Shown piece by piece: positions 52,366 through 64,000 of a stretch of DNA of 64,000 bases (positions within the stretch are counted from its first letter, which is position 1; each line of letters opens with the position of its first letter). Origin of the DNA: Paraspadella gotoi (taxonomy: Eukaryota; Animalia; Chaetognatha); NCBI GenBank assembly GCA_051294375.1, contig CM119268.1, positions 10,485,607 through 10,549,606 on the forward strand, written 5' to 3'. The notes under the pieces were generated by a model that saw only the letters and a list, made by a program, of their open reading frames with translations, was not told the DNA's origin and did no database searches. A program made the translations under genes and the position numbers.

Positions 52366-52718
52366 TCAAAATGACAAATTAAAAATTATAGTTAAACTGA
52401 AATTAGAATAAACCGAAAGTAAATATTATACATAATTACATATACAACAATATACTATCCAAGACAAATGATAATGTAATTTGACTAAATATCGTCACTA
52501 TTTTTTGAAGCGCCATACCTATTATAGCTACCCTTAATTTTAACCATAATTTCGAAAAATAATTCCTAACTTCACCCGTAACTTCAAACCTCATCCAAAA
52601 CCCTAAAACTAATTCTAAATAGAAGCGGGGCACAAATATGAAATATACAAATAATAAAGAAAGCTTTCAATAAGCTACTATGGAACAAAATCTACATCCG
52701 ATTGATAAACTGTCTTTT

Positions 52719-54732
52719 TTAGTCCTCAAGCAACTGTTTCATCATCATAAGAAACGCCAAATTTTCGGCGGACACCATGGGCCGCCTTATGGCCACCATG
52801 TTGTGGTGGCTGTGAACGTTCCGATCGAAGCAGTCGGAGCAGAGATCGTAGTCGGAACACACCTTGCACTTGAAGCGGTTTCCGCGGACGTCGCCGTGGC
52901 AGAAGTCACACTCGATGCCCGGATGCAGGTCGGTGGTGGAGGAGGAGGAGGACGAGGAGGAGGAAGAGGAGGACGAGGACTCGGGCTGCCGTTGTCGACC
53001 ATCGTTGGAGCATTCCTCGACGATAACCTTCGCCTGATGTTGGAAAGTGAATGATTCATGAATTTTTTTTCTAATCAATCATTATCATCAATTGCTACAG
53101 TAATGACAAAAGTGAATTCGCGAAATGAGAACATTAAATGACACAGGAACAAAATTTATGAAAAGTCAATGTCAATACGACAATATGCAAATGAGATTGA
53201 TGAACTCAATCTCATTCTTGGTTGCATCAAAAGTTCCAAAATCCAATTCGCTATACGTAACTTTTAATAAATTCTAAAGCATTGAATTGTCCCACTCAGT
53301 CTCAGGCAGTCACGTTTTATGTACTATGTCTCCCACGCTTACCTCCAATCTCTCATCGGGATCGCCTTCCATCATTTTACTCAAGATGCGCTTGAAATCC
53401 GCCGAGAATCTCTCCGGTACCAGAGTCTTGCTTCCGGCTCCATTCCACCGAAACGCCGGGAGGTACTTGAGATGCTTTCCTCCCGCGGCGTAGAAACAGA
53501 GTACGGCGCCCAAAGACCAGACGTCGGCGGCGGCGCTGTACTGGGTCGGTTGGGATTAACTTAAATTTAAAAATAAAAATAACAGATTATATACGCCGTA
53601 GAATAAATCGTTGTAAAAAATCTTAAAAGCATAAGGATCGTCGCAATCGCATAAGAGAAATCTGGATTGACGAGAAATTTTGATACTAAAAAAATCAAAT
53701 TTGAGAAAAGAAAATTAATTTATAAACAGAAAGAAAAAGAAGAAAATAATAAATATAAAGAAAGAATAGAAAAGAAAGAAAGAATAGAAAGGAAAGAAAG
53801 AATAGAAAGAATAGAAAGAAAAGAAAGAATAAAAAGGAAAGAAAAAATAAAAAGGGGAAAAAAAATTTATAAACAGAAAGAAATATTCTATTTTGCAATT
53901 GTCAATTAAAAAAAATAATAAAGTACCAAGGAAAATTAAAGTTACAGTTTCTAAAAAAACAACAAAAAAAACAAACTTTTTCATTGTCAAATAAACTGAT
54001 CAGCAGACGCAGCCCCTGAGAAAAAAAAAAGAATAAATATAAAACAGAAAAATAACTTATTTTCGAGTTTAATTTTTAGCAAGTGCTAAGTCTGGACAGA
54101 CATTATTGAAGGTACTTTTGTTTTACTTTTAGCCCTCATAAGCGAGCAGTTTGCTCGAATGCGACCTCTCTAAATTTGGGAATAAATGGCAATAATAATA
54201 AAAAAAAAAATAATCAGAAAGAGAGAGAGAGAGAGAGAAAGAAGCCAAATCGTTTTCAGACGAATCAGCAGCGGCAGCAGCAGAGGCACCCAGAAAAAAA
54301 AAGAAATCAAAAGGCAGCAGCAGAAGCAGCAGGAGAAAAGAGAGAAAAAGAAAGAGCCCCTGCAGAGCCAGCTGCAGAGAAAGAAATCAAAAGGCAGAAA
54401 CAGCAGGAGAAAAGAGAGAAAAAGAATAAGCCCCTGCAGAGCCAGCTGCAGACTCGTTTTTTTCCCCTTTCTCTATGAATCAGTGACTAGGGAAAAAAGA
54501 GAGGGAGAGAGACATGTAATTAAAAGAGAAAAGAGAGAGAGAAAGAAATAGAAAAATAAAAGAGAGAAAATTTGTTTGTTTTGATAAAACGTAAACAAAA
54601 CATATTTAATAACTTAATTTAATAATTTTAAGCACATCGATGATGAGAAGCTGTATATAAATTTTCAGCTTCATACACCCAAATTTAATCATAAAAAAGG
54701 CGATCTATAATTTGGAACGCCGACGACAACAA

Positions 54733-54763
<31 letters not shown>

Positions 54764-56781
54764 AACGCCACTTATGCGCAAAAGCGTTACAATATCGTCG
54801 CAAACGCTAAGCGCTAAGCTAAAAGTATATATATATTTTTTTTCACAACAAAGAAGAAATTAACAAAGGTGGGAAAGGTTTCTGAAGGTACCATAAATAT
54901 TATATCAATATCATAGTTAACACCGTCGCAGCAATCTTGCTCCAATCACCTGATCTCCGTTAAGGACTTCCGGCGCTGCGTATGTCACGGTTCCGGCGCC
55001 GATATTCTCTTGAAACTTCTGCAAGGCGGCGCCGTCGACGAGTTTGATGAAACCGAAGTCGGACAACTTCCACTGGAGGCCGCCGCTGGACCTGTGGGGT
55101 AAATCTTCTCAATTTTCGCCTCTCTTTACGTGACTCATACTTACCAATCTGCTGTCAATAAGAAGTTATTACGTAATGAACTTAGTCGGACATTGCAACA
55201 AGTTCACCCCGCTTGTGAGCACGACTCCTTCGGTCGTGACCCGATGGCTCATTGAGTAATAACATCAGCTTTAACGTTCCTATGTTATACACCAGCAATC
55301 AAACACTTACCGTCCGACTCCCAAGATATTGTCCGGCTTAAGATTCTGATGCAGGATTCTCTTTTGGTGCATGAAAGCGACGCCTCTCGAAATGTGACAC
55401 AAAAACCTCCAAGTGTTAAACTCCGCTCCGAGACGGCGAGTCCATTCCCCCTCGTCGAAACGCTGAGAAATTAGTGTCAAGGAATTTAGTTAAAAGAAAG
55501 TCATACCTATTACAAAGAAAAAAAAACAAAAAAATACTGCGGGTCACGTTACCGCAGACCTGAATAAAGCTGGTCAGGGTCCCGACGTCAGCGAATTCCA
55601 TCAAAATGAAAAGTTTTCTGTCTTTTCGGTAGCAACTTTTGATTTCGATAACATTGTCGTGTTCTAATTCCTTGAGAATCTCAGCCTGAATGAAATTTAA
55701 GAAATTTGAAAACCCACTCACATTAAAAAACAAAAAACAAAAAAAAAAAAAAAACTAAAACCAAATCAATCAATTAGTAAATCAATCAATCAATCAATTA
55801 TTGTACAAATGAATAAAATAAAAAGATAAATCGAATAACCAATTAATTAATTATTTTTGAACGACGACGACATTAGACAAATAAGTTTTATACTGAAGAG
55901 ACAGTAATTATTGTTATATGTTAATGACAGAACCGCTCAATACAAGCAGTCCCTGAGCTTCGGATCAGGCTGTAACACCATGTTACAGGCGGGTTAAGCG
56001 CCCTGTCCCTCTTAACTGCTAGGCGACCACCGGGCTAGAACCCCAGACATTTGGGTTGGGAGGCGAATGACTTGCCTTCGGCACCAATGGCTGCTGATGA
56101 ACGGTTGGTGGATTTTAGTCCACCATACATCCCCCCCTCCCGTAGGGAGAAGTCTGTTGCGTCTCTTCAGTGAATTGTTGTTGTTGGTGGAAAGTTTGTC
56201 ACCAAGTTGAGGCATGTCGCCTGATGTGTTGTGGGCGGAAAGTGCATCGCCTGGTTGAGGCATGTCGCCTGAAAGTGTTGTTGTTGCTGTTGTGTTCGGA
56301 AGTCGGGCTCACCAATGAAGATACAGTAATTATTGTTATACGTTAATGACAGAACCGTCAATGTAAGCAGTCCCTGAGCTTCGGATCAGGCTGTAACACC
56401 GTGTTACAGGCGGGTTAAACGCCCCGTCCCTCTTAACTGCTAGGCGACCACCAGGCTGGAACCCCAGACCTTTGGGTTGGGAGGCGAATGACTTGCCTCC
56501 GGCACCAATAGCCGCTGATGAACGGTTGGTGGATTTTAGTCCACCATAATACCTAAAATAAAATTAATCTCTGAATTATAAAATAACCCAAAACGATGAT
56601 TCCATGAATCGGTGTTGAAACTTATAGTTTTGACCTCGTTAGACGCGACGATTCCCGGTTTGGAGATTTCCTTCAACGCCAAAGTCGTCGTTCCCTGCTT
56701 GACCTTGAAGACGGGTCCGAATTGGCCGTGACCCAGGACGAGCGGGTTCCCGTCGGATCCTTTGACGAAATCGACGGACAT
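52719..56781 (-). CDS. pseudokinase paralog (HRD replaced by HQN) with C-terminal ZZ zinc finger, 6 exons (K3)
   Basis: Exons ~56634-56781, ~55560-55685, ~55311-55463, ~54950-55091, ~53343-53540 and 52719-53033 give LGHGQFGPVFKV, LALKE, FILMEFAD, GAEFNTWRF, ILHQNLKPDN, KLSDFG, GTVTYAAPE, ADVWSLG, then HPGIECDFC..RFKCKVCSDYDLC; ends LAFLMMMKQLLED*. Confidence 0.88.
53600..54460 (+). repeat. A-rich 9-bp-period minisatellite, hairpin-ended repeat fragment and ~70-bp tandem duplication in a K3 intron
   Basis: (AAAGAATAG/AAAGAAAAG)n at ~53755-53850; CGAGCAGTTTGCTCG hairpin at ~54142-54157; AAGAAATCAAAAGGCAG...GCCCCTGCAGAGCCAGCTGCAGA occurs twice at ~54300-54452. Confidence 0.6.
55946..56019 (-). 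ncRNA. second copy of the candidate twister ribozyme in the 3' LTR (T1 pseudoknot mismatch)
   Basis: Same fold, but GA-CAG replaces GA-CGG, breaking the middle T1 pair. Confidence 0.45.
56367..56440 (-). ncRNA. candidate type-P5 twister self-cleaving ribozyme in the 5' LTR
   Basis: Minus strand reads GCAGUU AAGAGG GA CGG GGCGUU U^AA CCC GC CUGUAACA CGG UGUUACAG CCUGA UCCGAAGC UCAGG GACUGC. P5 = GCAGUU/GACUGC; P3 = CUGUAACA/UGUUACAG; P4 = CCUGA/UCAGG with loop UCCGAAGC; T1 = CGG/CCG; T2 = GC/GC; conserved UAA and GA present. P2 is short/bulged and P1 minimal. Confidence 0.6.
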
Positions 56782-56977
56782 TTTCTCCCCAGGGCGGTCG
56801 TCGTTGTTGTTATTGTTGTTGTTCAGAGTCGGAATCGTGTCGCGACTTTTGGACGAAGAGGTCAGACATTTCGGTTTTGAGGCGTCGCGTCAGTTGAAAA
56901 TCGTGCAGTGATGAAAAAAAAGTAATAATTTTGATTTAATTTTTTAAAATTTTTCCTATATTTCCTTTGTATTCGCA

Positions 56978-57036
<59 letters not shown>

Positions 57037-57578
57037 TGAAATATAGTAGTATTGTCGAGAAACTGCGTTCAAATTGTTTGCGCGCTAATTAAGCATTTCA
57101 ACATTTCAAGTTTGGCCAATGATAAAAAATAAAAAGAATATTGATAATAAATGTAAAAATGCTAATGATAATTTTAATAACACGTAATGTTTAATGTGAT
57201 TAGATCAAATTGATTTTTTTTTTTTTTTTTTGGCGAACCCACAGGCAAAAGGTTGATAAGGTTCGAATAGTCAGAAACCACGAAGATCGAAAATTAAATG
57301 ACGGAACTAATGGCAGAAACAGGAAAACCGGGCAACGAATATAAATTTGTGCGTCTATGAGACAGCAGTTTTGAAAGTATGTTTAACAATTTAAATTATA
57401 AGTTGATTCCATAAAATAAAAGAGATAAAAATATAAAATTCAACTTTAATTTTATATTTTAGAGTTTAGATTTAGTTTTTTCTTTTCAAGTTTCAGAAAA
57501 AACAAGGGATCCTCTTTTTCAGTTTAACTACCAAACTTTTCTTGTTTTTCTAACTTGACTAACTTGACTAACTTGACT

Positions 57579-57634
<56 letters not shown>

Positions 57635-58431
57635 TTCTTTGCCGACAAGCAAAACACATTTTTATTCACTAAATTTCATATATATATCTATTATCTAGGG
57701 TTAAAGAAAGTTTTTTTTAATGAATGGATTATATTTACATTGATTGTACCAATTTCATAATAAGTTCCATCTCATCTGATTCAAGATGAAGCACGTACAT
57801 GAACTTATATTTAATTTTTTTGAAAAATAATAAAGATTACTTTTTAATTCAAATATGAGACGGTAATGGCAATAAAAACATTAAATACATTCTTCTTATT
57901 TCAATATTGTACACAGCAGTGCACATATAAAAAACCTTTCGCAAATAATGATTACGAAGCAGATTTGTAATCATTGATCAGTCTCTTTGGACTTTGAACG
58001 GATATCGCTTAAATCAAACGTGTTCATTTGTTTCGACTTCCTATTATTACCGAAGCCGTAAGTGCCGAAACTGTCTGTGGGTGTAACTTTTCACGCTATT
58101 TTAAATGGCGTTTCGTCAAAACTTTTGAACTTGCAGTTAGTAGAAAGCAATTGATAACAATGGTTAATAAAGTGTTTCACATGTATTATTTTGGATATGG
58201 CTAAAGGCAAAAGAAGTGAAAAATAGGACAACCACTACGCGTCATACCGTAATTTATTTTCAAGAGTTTGTGTTTGTGTTCAATATTCATTTCATTCAAT
58301 TTCGTTTTTAGCTTTTCCCTTTTAGCTATTCCCTTGAATCAAAATGATTCATCTATTGACGTAATATAACTGATAACGCTAAGCGTCACGAGAGCTGCCG
58401 ATTTCAATTTTTTTAAATTTTTTTTTTTTTA

Positions 58432-63890
<5,459 letters not shown>

Positions 63891-64000
63891 GGGAGAGGAG
63901 GGAGACGGTCAGAAATAATAAAAAACTATAACAAATTACAAGAACGATATCTGTGTTATCTTGCTCTTGAAAACAAAATTCTGAAACTTCTGTCAGCATA

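Larger units (their letters stand above)
55894..56548 (-). mobile_element. non-autonomous miniature LTR retroelement (TRIM/retrozyme-like), 655 bp
   Basis: Two ~234-bp LTRs (56316-56548 and 55894-56129; 14 differences by manual count) ending in CA on the minus strand. 4-bp TSD ATAC at 55890-55893 and 56549-56552. PBS TGGTGAGCCCGAC (56314-56302) just inside the 5' LTR, one mismatch from the complement of the tRNA-Trp 3' end. PPT GGGAGGGGGGGA (56141-56130) directly before TGTA of the 3' LTR. The ~185-bp internal region is non-coding. Confidence 0.88.

Noticed and set aside
55200-55290. GAC-TCCTTCG-GTC resembling the HDV-like ribozyme P3/L3 in a K3 intron
   Set aside because: P1 pairing is poor and there is no P2 3' strand; it is better explained as a simple CACGAC/GTCGTG hairpin.
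56090-56130. CTGATGA in both LTRs as a hammerhead ribozyme core (+ strand)
   Set aside because: No correctly placed GAAA or stem II/III follows, and it is antisense to the PBS/PPT-defined direction.

Overview
Eukaryotic (invertebrate metazoan) genomic DNA with GT-AG introns, GC/CpG-rich exons, AT-rich introns and many (AG)n microsatellites; it contains a 25-N scaffold gap. Genes reconstructed by hand, left to right: 3' end of an AMPK alpha subunit (+); AMP deaminase (-) with an Asn/Tyr-rich N-terminal extension; a CERT/STARD11-type START protein (+) with no visible PH domain; a large vWA-ZP-CCP-EGF-SEA-EGF-TM protein (+); a secreted Gly-rich protein (-); a 2xSRCR lysyl oxidase-like gene (+), whose middle ~7.6 kb appears twice around the gap (probably an assembly artefact); four co-oriented kinase genes (-): a vWA alpha-kinase, a kinase-ZZ, a kinase with an Arg/Asp/Ser-rich tail, and a pseudokinase-ZZ; and a partial polytopic membrane protein of unknown family (-). 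The most striking item is a 655-bp non-coding LTR mini-element in intron 1 of the pseudokinase (4-bp TSD, tRNA-Trp-like PBS, PPT). Each of its LTRs carries a sequence that fits a circularly permuted type-P5 twister ribozyme, so it is a candidate twister-based LTR retrozyme. All calls come from manual reading and remembered family motifs; no searches were run, and exon boundaries are approximate unless stated.
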